Part shown: positions 31,484 through 41,157 of the stretch, in pieces
Position numbering within the stretch: position 1 is the first letter of the stretch
Layout: the number at the start of each line of letters is the position of its first letter
Source: Candidatus Izemoplasmatales bacterium
GTDB taxonomy: Bacteria; Bacillota_I; Bacilli_A; Izemoplasmatales; Hujiaoplasmataceae
Reading direction: 5' to 3'
Assembly: GCA_050949045.1 (NCBI GenBank)
Contig: JBMNEZ010000001.1
Coordinates: 384,001-448,000, forward strand
DNA: 64,000 nucleotides
Position numbers and translations under genes: made by a program
The notes under the pieces: model-generated
Told to the model about the DNA's origin: nothing
Seen by the model: the letters and a program-made list of their open reading frames with translations, nothing else
The model's database searches: none

Positions 31484-32404
31484 ATGAACAAGAAGAATTT
31501 CCGGAAAAACTTTAACAAAGACTACAAATATTTCTTATCTTTCGCCGGGATCGCGATTCTTGGTTTTTTGCTCTTCTATCTTTATCCGATCATAAGAACT
31601 TTGATGCTCAGTTTCACCGACAAGACCATCTATTCTCTGGAGACTACGTTTGTCGGTTGGGACAATTACACCTACGCCTTGTTCGAAGACCCCTTGTTTT
31701 TCAAGTCGATCTCGTTATCTTTGATCTTTGCCCTAGTTAGCGGGGTTCTGGTCCTATCAACCTCATTGATCCTCGCATTGCTCTTAAATACCAAGATCAA
31801 AGGCATCGGTATCTTTAGGACCATCTATTTTCTGCCTTTCATCATTCCCTCGTTTGCGGTCGGAGCCGTCTATAAGAACGTCTTCAACCCCACCTCGGGA
31901 ATAATTAACAAAATCCTCCAACTAATTGGCGTCCAGAATCCTCCCTTATGGTATATCTCTCCGGAGACCGCGCTTGTGACGATGATCATCATCAGTGCCT
32001 TCGGCTTTGGCGTCAAGATGCTCGTCTTCCTGGCAGCCCTCCAGGGCATCCCCGAGAGCTACTACGAAGTGGCTCGGTTGGAAGGAGCCACCAAGTTCCA
32101 GCAATTCCGGAAAATCACCCTGCCTTTGATTACCCCGATGCTTTTCTTCAATGTCATCTTGATCACGATCGACGGACTGAAAGCCTTCAACCTCGCTTTC
32201 GTGATGGGCAACGGGCAGGGCTTTCCGGCCAATTCGACCTTGCTTTTTCCAATCTACATGTTCATGACCGCCTTTAACATGCCCTTCCGCCTCGGCTACG
32301 CCGCGGCGATGGCCTGGCTGTTCTTTCTTCTGATCCTCGCGCTTACGGGCATCAACTTTCTCCTCTCGCGCTACTACGTCCAAAAGGATGTGAGCGTTTC
32401 ATGA
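31484..32404 (+). CDS. Carbohydrate ABC transporter permease
   Basis: FRTIYFLP; EAA loop LAALQGIPESYYEVARLEGA. Confidence 0.95.
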   Translation: MNKKNFRKNFNKDYKYFLSFAGIAILGFLLFYLYPIIRTLMLSFTDKTIYSLETTFVGWDNYTYALFEDPLFFKSISLSLIFALVSGVLVLSTSLILALLLNTKIKGIGIFRTIYFLPFIIPSFAVGAVYKNVFNPTSGIINKILQLIGVQNPPLWYISPETALVTMIIISAFGFGVKMLVFLAALQGIPESYYEVARLEGATKFQQFRKITLPLITPMLFFNVILITIDGLKAFNLAFVMGNGQGFPANSTLLFPIYMFMTAFNMPFRLGYAAAMAWLFFLLILALTGINFLLSRYYVQKDVSVS

Positions 32405-33282
32405 GTACCTTGAAAATGACAAGGAAGAAAAAGAAAACCAAGGACGCTTGGGTCTATCTCCCGCTCGTTTTGTTTGCGATCGTGGCACTCTTGCCACTAT
32501 ACTACTTGATCATCACTGCTTTCAAGAGCGTCGAGGAAGCCTCGCAGCTGGCGACGATGTGGCCGCGGTCCAACGAACTGATAAACAACATCAGATTCGT
32601 GCTCTCCCATCCCGATTACCGTGTAGCGAGAATGTTCATGAACACGATGGTGATCTTCGCGCTCAAAACCTTGGGCACCGTGCTCACCTGTTCCCTTGCG
32701 GGCTATGCATTTGCAATGTACAAGTTCCCGGGCAAAAAAATCATCTTCGCCGTCTTGCTTTCGACGATGATGATTCCCGGAGAGATCCTCGGGATCCCGA
32801 TCTATGAGTTCATGGTCAACACCGGACTCAAGGAGATCGCCTACATCCCCCTTTGGATCGCCGCCTGGTTTGGGACCGATGTCTTCATGATCTTCTTGTT
32901 CAGACAGTTTTTCCAGACCATACCAAAACCGCTTATCGAAGCTGCCAGGGTCGATGGGATGAGCGAACTAGGGATCTTCTTTAAGATTGTCGTGCCGCTC
33001 AATGTACCGGTAATTTCGACCGTGATCGTGCTTTACTTCGTCGGCACCTACAATGACTTATACGGACCGGCACTATATATCTCACAAAAATCCAATTGGG
33101 TGATGGCCAACAGCATCTCGATCTTCGAGAACCTTTATCGCACGGGTTCGGGGAACTACATCGTCCCTTGGAACTATGTCGCCGTTGCCAGTTTGATCGC
33201 GCTGGTTCCGGAAGTCTTGTTATTTGCGTTCATGCAAAAGAAATTCATGCAAAGCGTCGCCGGAACGGGGATCAAATCATGA
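32401..33282 (+). CDS. Carbohydrate ABC transporter permease
   Basis: AGYAFA..KFPGK; RQFFQTIP..LIEAARVDG. Confidence 0.95.
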   Translation: MSTLKMTRKKKKTKDAWVYLPLVLFAIVALLPLYYLIITAFKSVEEASQLATMWPRSNELINNIRFVLSHPDYRVARMFMNTMVIFALKTLGTVLTCSLAGYAFAMYKFPGKKIIFAVLLSTMMIPGEILGIPIYEFMVNTGLKEIAYIPLWIAAWFGTDVFMIFLFRQFFQTIPKPLIEAARVDGMSELGIFFKIVVPLNVPVISTVIVLYFVGTYNDLYGPALYISQKSNWVMANSISIFENLYRTGSGNYIVPWNYVAVASLIALVPEVLLFAFMQKKFMQSVAGTGIKS

Positions 33283-34211
33283 TTGAATTTGTAAGTAAAC
33301 CGACACCGCTCGTTGAACTGCTCAAAGAAAAATCAAAGAGGCAAGAAAAGATCCGGCCGCGGAAACTGAAATTCAGGGGAGCGCTCGGCTTTGATCTCTA
33401 CAATCCGAGCCATGAGTTCAACTTTGACGGTGATTGTTACATCGCCGTCAGGGTCGAGAAACGCGACTCGGAGATCTCGGGTGTCCGGATCTTCAAAAAA
33501 AGCCCCGATAATGTCTATGACATCACCGATTTTTCTTTCCAATTGCTTCAAGATCCTTTTGTGACCAAAATCGAAGGCGAGATCGTTTTCGGGGGCACGG
33601 CGATCGAAATCGATGGAAAAAGGAAAATCGTCAACTGGCACACCGACTTCTACAAGGGACCTTCGCTCAAAGAATTGAAGTTCTTCCTGAAAGCGCCCGA
33701 CAAGATGAAGGATGTCCGCCTCCACGAGCATGAGGGGATCCATGTCTTCACCAGGCCTCAAGGAGGAACGGCGGGGCCCGGCAAGATCGGATACTTCAAG
33801 GCAAATTCTCTTAAAGAAGTGACGAGTGAAAAGATCGCCGACGCCGCTGTTCTCGATTCCCATTTCGCCTCCGGCGAATGGGGCGGCGTCAACCAGGTTT
33901 TGACGCTTGACAATGGCCTGCTCGGGATCGTTGGCCATATCGCCAAAATGACGGGAAATGGGACCCGCAATTACTACGGCATGGTCTTTTGTTTCGATCC
34001 TTTTACCAAATCATCGTCAAAGATCAAGATCATCAGCGAAAGAAGCGACTTCCCCCCGGGGCCAAGCAAAAGAAGCGATCTTTACAACGTCATCTTCCCC
34101 GGCGGGATCATCCGCCAGAAGAAAGGTTTCGCGACGCTCTACGCCGGTTTATCCGATGCTCAGATAGCCAGCGCCATCATTCCTGACCCCTTTAAAGAAT
34201 ATGAGGAGTAG
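33279..34211 (+). CDS. DUF1861 / GT108-like (MTP) mannoside phosphorylase-transferase
   Basis: YNPS, RVEKRDSE, LQDPFVT, MKDVRL, VFTRPQG, EWGGVN, GHIA, VIFPGG, LYAGLSD. ATG 33279 overlaps the permease stop (ATGA). Confidence 0.75.
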   Translation: MIEFVSKPTPLVELLKEKSKRQEKIRPRKLKFRGALGFDLYNPSHEFNFDGDCYIAVRVEKRDSEISGVRIFKKSPDNVYDITDFSFQLLQDPFVTKIEGEIVFGGTAIEIDGKRKIVNWHTDFYKGPSLKELKFFLKAPDKMKDVRLHEHEGIHVFTRPQGGTAGPGKIGYFKANSLKEVTSEKIADAAVLDSHFASGEWGGVNQVLTLDNGLLGIVGHIAKMTGNGTRNYYGMVFCFDPFTKSSSKIKIISERSDFPPGPSKRSDLYNVIFPGGIIRQKKGFATLYAGLSDAQIASAIIPDPFKEYEE

Positions 34212-34214
34212 AAG

Positions 34215-35648
34215 ATGAAGAAAGGAATCGCCATCATCCTAATGCTAATAGCCGGTTTTGGTCTTTTTGCCTGCGACAGTGTCACCTCGACGACAGTGAC
34301 GACCACCGCTTCGATCACGACCATTCCAGACTCGACTAGTGCGACCACTATGGACGCGCCTTTGGTGATGGAATTCGATTTCGATCTTCCAAGCGATGTC
34401 TCGACCTCTTCTTTGTCTTTGACTGATTTCATCATTATTTCCGGTCATAACCTCACATCAGCCGACTATGAGGTTGATCTTGAAAGAGGAGTACTGACTT
34501 TCAAGAAAGAATATCTTGCCTATCTAAATCCTGGCATCTACACCTATACCTTGCATCGCAGTGATACTGAAGAAAAGTTCAATTTGAATATCATCGATAG
34601 AAACCAACAATACCGCCTCGTCAACGAGGGCTTTGAGACCGGTGACCTCTTTGGCTGGGAACCTCAGACCATCTTCAAGGGCGAAAGCAACCTGCTCGCC
34701 TTTGATGACGGTGTCGTTGTCGAAAACGGCATGATAACCGGCAGTGAAACCGCCTATGGCGCGGAAGGCGAATATCTGGTGGGGATCGATAGCGGGATCG
34801 CCCTTAGTTTGTTTGAAGAACGGATGGGCAAATTGAGATCAACGACCTTCATCCTTGGGGGTTCCGGCTACATCACCTTCCGCCTTGGAGGCGGCGGGAA
34901 TCCGGCTCTTGGTTATTTGTCGGTTCGAAACAGCATGGATGATACCGAAGTCGCGCGCTTCTATCCGGAAATAGCCGCGACGCATCCGGCCGAGCTGATT
35001 CTCTACAAGGCGGATCTCAGCGAAGCGATCGGAGAAAGGCTCTATCTCGAACTAATTGATCTTTACGGTCATGAGGGGGATTATCTGACTTTCGATGACT
35101 TCCAAGTCTACCATCAGAGCATTCCTGAGGAAGGGATGCTAGCGACCAGCATCCTGCCTACATTTGCGGTCGCATACGTTCCCAACCAACTTCCAAACGG
35201 CAACTTTGAAAACGGACTTGAAGGCTGGATCGAGGTGTATGGCGAAGCCTTCAGAGTAGAAAATAACACCCTGAAAAGCAATCAAGGCGGCGATGAGGCC
35301 GTCGGCGTCATCCGCTCCTCGTTATTCAGAGTCGATGGCAGCGGTATCGCGAGCGTCACCATCTCTGCCGCCCAGGGAGCCCGTTATGACAAAGACACTT
35401 TCATCTCGGTCAAAGAAGCAAGCACCAATCGAGAGATCCTGCGTTTTGCGAACCGCAACCATGACGGGATCTTCCCGGTCACCTATTATCTCGATCTTGG
35501 CGAATATCTGGGGAAGAATCTCTATTTTGAGATCGTTGATAATGCCAAAGGCAGTTACGATACGATCTTCGTAAGCGATATCGTCACCTATTATCAGGAA
35601 AGACCTGATTTTACCTACAAGGATCTTGCCTTGAATCTCAACGAATAG
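34215..35648 (+). CDS. Lipoprotein: X2-like Ig domain plus tandem NxGFE.G carbohydrate-binding-like module
   Basis: Lipobox LFAC; LTFKKEYLAYL; NEGFETGDLFGW and NGNFENGLEGW repeats. Confidence 0.7.
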   Translation: MKKGIAIILMLIAGFGLFACDSVTSTTVTTTASITTIPDSTSATTMDAPLVMEFDFDLPSDVSTSSLSLTDFIIISGHNLTSADYEVDLERGVLTFKKEYLAYLNPGIYTYTLHRSDTEEKFNLNIIDRNQQYRLVNEGFETGDLFGWEPQTIFKGESNLLAFDDGVVVENGMITGSETAYGAEGEYLVGIDSGIALSLFEERMGKLRSTTFILGGSGYITFRLGGGGNPALGYLSVRNSMDDTEVARFYPEIAATHPAELILYKADLSEAIGERLYLELIDLYGHEGDYLTFDDFQVYHQSIPEEGMLATSILPTFAVAYVPNQLPNGNFENGLEGWIEVYGEAFRVENNTLKSNQGGDEAVGVIRSSLFRVDGSGIASVTISAAQGARYDKDTFISVKEASTNREILRFANRNHDGIFPVTYYLDLGEYLGKNLYFEIVDNAKGSYDTIFVSDIVTYYQERPDFTYKDLALNLNE

Positions 35649-35651
35649 GAT

Positions 35652-38600
35652 GTGGACAAGATCAAAAAGCTAGTTTGGTTGTTCATCTTCATCGGTTTTG
35701 CCTTCACCTTCATCCTTGGATGCAAGGATGTTTCAACGACGATCGTTGAGACGACTTCGACGACAACTTTGGGCGTAATCAGCACCACCACCTCAAGCGG
35801 AAAGACTTCGACTGCGACGACCACCGCTCCGATAACGACCTCATCCACCATCTCCACGGACTTGACGACGGTAATAACGACCGCTCCACCTACTGTGACC
35901 ACGACGGTTCCATCTACTTTGAGCACGGCCGTCACCACCACTGTGGCATTTCCTGAGCCGACGATGGATTTTTCGGGTGAAACCGGCTGTCACACCATCG
36001 GTCTTTCGAACGATTTGGTTCTTTCGCTTGACCTTGGCGGGGCGGATATCACCGAACTTAAGTTGGGGACTACGGTCCTAGCCGCCAAAGATTACCGTTT
36101 GAGCGACGATGAATTGACGATCTTTAAGGAGTTCATCGATCGTTTTCAGCCAAGCGCAAGTTCCTTGCTTAAACTGACGACTGGTGGCGGAACCGCCACT
36201 CTCGACCTTGTCATCAACGATATCCCGGATATCAAGAACAAATCCGACTTCATCAAGTTTCCCGGAGAAGCGATCGTCAATGAGGATTTCAGAGGCCTCG
36301 TCATCGATGAAGTCGGGGCTTTGACCTATGAGTTTTCGATCGCTTCCGATGATCATCTGTTGGTCGATCACGGCAACGGCACCTTTGACTTCACCCCAGG
36401 CTTTGTCTTTGTGGGCGATCTTGCGATCACTTTCAAGGTGACCGACGAATATGGGGCAGGAGTCCAAAGAGACATCAACTTGAATTACAAAGAGGTCGAT
36501 CCTTATATCTTTGACGCCGGAGGCGAGAAGACATTTGAAAAGATGACCGCCGCCGCCGATCTTGTGATGATGGTCAATACCTATGGAAGCGAACCCGACA
36601 CTCTTTATTATGAGATGACGGATGTCTTGTTGTCAAAGGCTTCGATCGGCAGCGACAACTACCTTTTCAAAACCGATGACAATCCCAAGCTTTTCTCCCT
36701 CAAATATGAATATTTAATGGCTCTTCCTGTCGGAATTCACACTTTCACATTGACGACCGAGGCCGGACAGGCCGAGTTTATTGTCAATATTACGGATTCG
36801 AGGCCGGTAGAGGCGACTCCGAATGAGGCGGAATACACCCTCGGTGTTTCCTCGCAAAACCTCGATTTTGCTTTGGTTATTTATAACAATCAGATCACGG
36901 GAACCAGCTTTGAGCTCGATGGAACGACGCTTCTTTGCGACGAGTATACTTACAGCGATCAACTGCTCAGTTTACAGGTTGGTTTCCTGGAGACCTTGAC
37001 TCCCGGAAACCACCGCTTGAGCTGTAACGGCACGCAAATTGCATTGATTACTATTTTGACACCGCAAACGCCAAAATTGGGCGAAATCGATGAACCGGTC
37101 ATCTTTGAAAAAACAAACCCAAATGATTTGGTGATTCCGATCGAGCTCCATGGCTTTGCAAGTGTTACCGATATCTTTGATTCCCAGGTTAAACTTGAAA
37201 CCTCTGCTTACAGTCTCACCGAAACAACTCTCACCATCAAGAAAGCTTATCTTTCCGAACTGGCCTACGGGAACCATGAGTTCTTTATTGTGAACTCTCA
37301 AGGCTCGGCATCGTTCTTTGTGGCGATCACCGACAAACCAAAGCCGTCTTCAACCGATCAGAATGTGACCAAGTTCACCTACGAGACGATATCGAGCGAA
37401 GCGTTGAGGGTCTTGCAACCCGGCGGCTATGAAATCGAGCGCTTTGAACTGCTTTCGGTCGGCTTCTACAACTATGTTGAAACCGCGAGCGGAACCGCTC
37501 TAGAAGCCGATCTTGATGAATCGCTGCTTGAGGCGACCGGCGGCTTTGGCTCGCTTACCATCAGCGAGACCGCCAAAGCCTTCGCCTTTATCAGAAACTC
37601 CGGCTGGTACGGCGTGGTCGTCTTCACCTATGTCGCCCTTGATGAACTCGGTCTCTCAAGCGCTCCGATCACGATGGAAGTCGTCTATAAGCCTATGCCC
37701 CCGGCGATCGCCGACAGTACTTCCAAGCACTATGTGAAAGGCGATTTGACCGATGTTGTCTACACCGTCACCAACATGTCCGGCAATTCTTACTTCCCGA
37801 TCGAGAAGATCTTCTATGGAGAAACCGAACTGGTGCTTGATAGCGATTATACGGTCGGGCCGCAGGAAGGAAGCAACCTCTTCTTCACGATTAAAGCCAC
37901 ATACTTAGAAACTTTATCGCTCGGAACGAAAGCTTTCCTGCTTCGAACCGGAGGCGGACAGGCCGAGTTCTCGCTTGAAATCAATAGCGCTTTGAATATC
38001 AGCGATCCCGACGGCGAGTTCGACAAAAACATTCCCGAAACCATTGTGTTTGCGGTTTCGGGTCAGCCGAACGTCATCCAGACATTGAAAAAAGCTGGGA
38101 CCGTCCTTCCTTCCGATCATTACACTTTCACGGATGGATCCCTCTCGATCAAGTCTACCTATCTGAACAATCTTCCTTATGGAGAACACCACTTCACGAT
38201 CAATAACGGGTATGGAGAAAGCGAACTAAAGATTACGGTGATGGACTCTAGAACGCCCGTCTTGGTGTCAGAGACGATAACCTACTATGAGGGCAGTCTG
38301 GAAAATGTCAGCGTCGCCGTCAATCTTTACGACAAGTCGGTTACGGGGTTGTTGCTGGGAGAAACTGAAGTAAGCAGCAGCAATTACTCGGTTTTTGAAA
38401 ACACCGTTACGCTCACAGGTCCGTATCTTGAAAGCGTCGGCGTTGGCCGGGAAGAACTCGCCTTCACGATCGTCTGCTCGGAAGGAAGCATTTCTTTCAC
38501 GGTTTTGATCGAGATTCCGGTCGCTGGTCCAACTATCACGCAGATATCCCCGGATTTCAAAATCGACACCATCGAAGATGTGACCTACAGCATCAATTTG

Positions 38601-41117
38601 TCGGGCAACACCTTCACGAGCCTCAGGTATCAGGGGATCGTCCTCACCGAGGGAAGTGACTACACCTTCAATGAAACGACGGGAGAACTTGTCCTCTTGG
38701 GTGAATTCCTGATCAGGCTATACAACCATGAAGACAGCACTTATGGCTTCACTCTCCATACGCTTGAAGCTCCGCCCAAAGCTTTCAGCCTGACTTATCA
38801 AAACTCTTCCTATCTTCTTTTGAACGGCGGCTTTGAAACGGGCGACCTCTTTGGTTGGGCGCCTTACGCGCTTTGGAAGGACGAAGCGGTTTTGACCGCT
38901 TTTAGGAATGAAAGAGTCGTGGACACCCTCTATTACGGCTCGGCGGGAACTAACCTCTATAACAAGGACGGCACCTATCATTTCGGTCTTTACATCGATC
39001 CTTACGACAATGCCAACAAGGATCTGAACCAGGAGCGGATGGGGATGCTGAGGTCGGAGAACTTCACCCTTTCAGGTTCTGGGGTCATCTCCTTCAAACT
39101 CGGAGGCGGCAAGAACACCGCAACGGCCTACATAGCAATCCATGACGCCTCTAACAATCAGGAACTTGCCCGCTTCGGCAACCGTCATTTTGGGAACACC
39201 GCCCTGAGCGGCACCGAAAACGCCGAAGGGTACATGTTCCAATATTACTATGATCTATCCGAGCATCTGGGGAAAGAACTCTACTTCCTGATTGTCGATA
39301 GCGCCAGCCATGAATGGAATGTCCTCGCTTTTGACTCTTTTATCACCTATTATATAGAAAAACCGACTTACAACGCCGATGAGACGGCACAAGACATCAA
39401 ACCGACAATTTACGCCGCCGGCGCGGCGACCAACCAGATCATCAATGGCGCCCTGACCGCCAATCTCGACAATTGGGAAAACCCGAATGGCGTTTTCAAA
39501 ATCGACAATGGCGGCGCCATCAGCAGCCATGGCGGCAACGCCGCTCTCGGAGCGCTCCGCTCGCCGGCATTCACCGTTAATGGCGCAAATGTCTATCTCA
39601 CCTATGAATTTGCCGGCGCGATCCAGCGCGACAAGCAAGTCTTCATCTTGATCAAGGAAGTCGGCACCAACCTTGAAGTATTGCGGTTGACGAGGAGAGC
39701 GGACCAAGCCTCCAGTTCGGATTCGGGGGATTTCAAGCCACACTGGTACGATCTGTCCGGACTTGATCCTCTGAAAGAATACTATTTGGAAATCATTGAC
39801 AACCGCGACGGTGAATGGGGCGTGGCCTTGGTCCGAAATATAAACTTGGTTTCCGGCGGCTATGGCGCTGATAATCAAGCAGCCGTGAACGCCTTCTACG
39901 GCTTGAACCAGCACGACCCGGAAACGGGGATGCACTGGAAAAGAGTGTCTGAACTTGAAGCAAGCGCTCTAGCTATTCCCCATTTCGTAATTGCGACACT
40001 TGGGGAAAACGCTTCAAGCGGTTTCAGCATCAACTACCATTCGCCTTATGAAACGACTTATCTCGAGTATACCCAGGCAAGCGATCCTACTTTTGCGAAC
40101 GCCTCAAGAATCAAGGTGACCGGCGCGTTGTATCAAGCCGAGATCAGTGAAACCGGAAACATCGTCTACGGTTTCACTCCGAGATATGTTCACAAAGCCG
40201 CTATCACCGGCCTTGATCCAAACGCCGAGTATATCTATCGGATCAGGGAAGGCTATGCGATTTCAGAGGTCAAAAACATCAAAACCGCCCCACTTGACAG
40301 CTACCGTTTTCTCTACTATACCGATACCCAGGCCGAAAACAAGGGTCAAACGGCGACTTTTTCTATCCTGATCGAAGAAGCTTACCTTTATCATGATGAC
40401 TATCTTTTTGCCCTTGTGACCGGCGATCTGGTCGAAAAAGGAGTATCGGAGACGATGTGGGACTGGTTTTATGATGCAGGGCCTGATGCGTTGCCGTTGA
40501 TGACGGTTCCTGGAAACCACGACTATCAAAACCAGGCCGGGGAGATCGTTTCGGCCGGATACTATAACAGTTTGTTCAATAACCCCCAGAATGGGAGTTC
40601 AAACTATCTTAACTCGTCTTACTATTTTCTCGTCAATAACACTCTTTATATAATGCTCGACACGGTGACCGGCACTGATTTGGCTTCGCAACAGGCTTGG
40701 CTGATTGATACCGTGACTGCCAATCCAAGCGACTTTGTCATCGTCGCGACCCATTACAGCATGTATGGCACCTATCATGAGCCGACCGCAGCCCAGATGA
40801 TCAGCGACTGGCTGCCGACCTTCGATTCGGCCGGCGTCGACCTGGTCTTATCCGGGCATGACCACATCTATGCGAGAACGCCAAAAATGGCCGGAGGCAT
40901 CAAAGTCACCGAAGGGGAAGGCACCTACTATTTGATTGGCGGCACCGCCGGATACAAGTACCGCTATGTCGAAGAAGGCGAAGGCGACGTCTTCGAATTC
41001 TTCATCGAGGACACGATCTCGACGATCTCGATGATCGAAGTGAGCGCTGCTCAAATTGCAGTCCAGACGATCGATACCGAAGGCACCATCGTCGATTCTT
41101 TCACGATCCCCGCCTGA
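35652..41117 (+). CDS. 1821-aa lipoprotein: X2-like Ig repeats, tandem NxGFE.G module, C-terminal purple-acid-phosphatase-like metallophosphoesterase
   Basis: Lipobox ILGC and long Thr-rich linker; repeated LTIK.AYL..L..G.H units; metal motifs TDTQ, GDLV, GNHD, H, GHDH. Confidence 0.8.
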   Translation: MDKIKKLVWLFIFIGFAFTFILGCKDVSTTIVETTSTTTLGVISTTTSSGKTSTATTTAPITTSSTISTDLTTVITTAPPTVTTTVPSTLSTAVTTTVAFPEPTMDFSGETGCHTIGLSNDLVLSLDLGGADITELKLGTTVLAAKDYRLSDDELTIFKEFIDRFQPSASSLLKLTTGGGTATLDLVINDIPDIKNKSDFIKFPGEAIVNEDFRGLVIDEVGALTYEFSIASDDHLLVDHGNGTFDFTPGFVFVGDLAITFKVTDEYGAGVQRDINLNYKEVDPYIFDAGGEKTFEKMTAAADLVMMVNTYGSEPDTLYYEMTDVLLSKASIGSDNYLFKTDDNPKLFSLKYEYLMALPVGIHTFTLTTEAGQAEFIVNITDSRPVEATPNEAEYTLGVSSQNLDFALVIYNNQITGTSFELDGTTLLCDEYTYSDQLLSLQVGFLETLTPGNHRLSCNGTQIALITILTPQTPKLGEIDEPVIFEKTNPNDLVIPIELHGFASVTDIFDSQVKLETSAYSLTETTLTIKKAYLSELAYGNHEFFIVNSQGSASFFVAITDKPKPSSTDQNVTKFTYETISSEALRVLQPGGYEIERFELLSVGFYNYVETASGTALEADLDESLLEATGGFGSLTISETAKAFAFIRNSGWYGVVVFTYVALDELGLSSAPITMEVVYKPMPPAIADSTSKHYVKGDLTDVVYTVTNMSGNSYFPIEKIFYGETELVLDSDYTVGPQEGSNLFFTIKATYLETLSLGTKAFLLRTGGGQAEFSLEINSALNISDPDGEFDKNIPETIVFAVSGQPNVIQTLKKAGTVLPSDHYTFTDGSLSIKSTYLNNLPYGEHHFTINNGYGESELKITVMDSRTPVLVSETITYYEGSLENVSVAVNLYDKSVTGLLLGETEVSSSNYSVFENTVTLTGPYLESVGVGREELAFTIVCSEGSISFTVLIEIPVAGPTITQISPDFKIDTIEDVTYSINLSGNTFTSLRYQGIVLTEGSDYTFNETTGELVLLGEFLIRLYNHEDSTYGFTLHTLEAPPKAFSLTYQNSSYLLLNGGFETGDLFGWAPYALWKDEAVLTAFRNERVVDTLYYGSAGTNLYNKDGTYHFGLYIDPYDNANKDLNQERMGMLRSENFTLSGSGVISFKLGGGKNTATAYIAIHDASNNQELARFGNRHFGNTALSGTENAEGYMFQYYYDLSEHLGKELYFLIVDSASHEWNVLAFDSFITYYIEKPTYNADETAQDIKPTIYAAGAATNQIINGALTANLDNWENPNGVFKIDNGGAISSHGGNAALGALRSPAFTVNGANVYLTYEFAGAIQRDKQVFILIKEVGTNLEVLRLTRRADQASSSDSGDFKPHWYDLSGLDPLKEYYLEIIDNRDGEWGVALVRNINLVSGGYGADNQAAVNAFYGLNQHDPETGMHWKRVSELEASALAIPHFVIATLGENASSGFSINYHSPYETTYLEYTQASDPTFANASRIKVTGALYQAEISETGNIVYGFTPRYVHKAAITGLDPNAEYIYRIREGYAISEVKNIKTAPLDSYRFLYYTDTQAENKGQTATFSILIEEAYLYHDDYLFALVTGDLVEKGVSETMWDWFYDAGPDALPLMTVPGNHDYQNQAGEIVSAGYYNSLFNNPQNGSSNYLNSSYYFLVNNTLYIMLDTVTGTDLASQQAWLIDTVTANPSDFVIVATHYSMYGTYHEPTAAQMISDWLPTFDSAGVDLVLSGHDHIYARTPKMAGGIKVTEGEGTYYLIGGTAGYKYRYVEEGEGDVFEFFIEDTISTISMIEVSAAQIAVQTIDTEGTIVDSFTIPA

Positions 41118-41157
41118 ATCAGTTCATGAACAAATAATTGTCAAGGAGGAAAACCCG

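Noticed and set aside
35740..35945. ACC/ACG-rich repetitive DNA as a possible array
   Set aside because: It encodes the Thr-rich linker and has no fixed repeat-spacer period, so it is not CRISPR.
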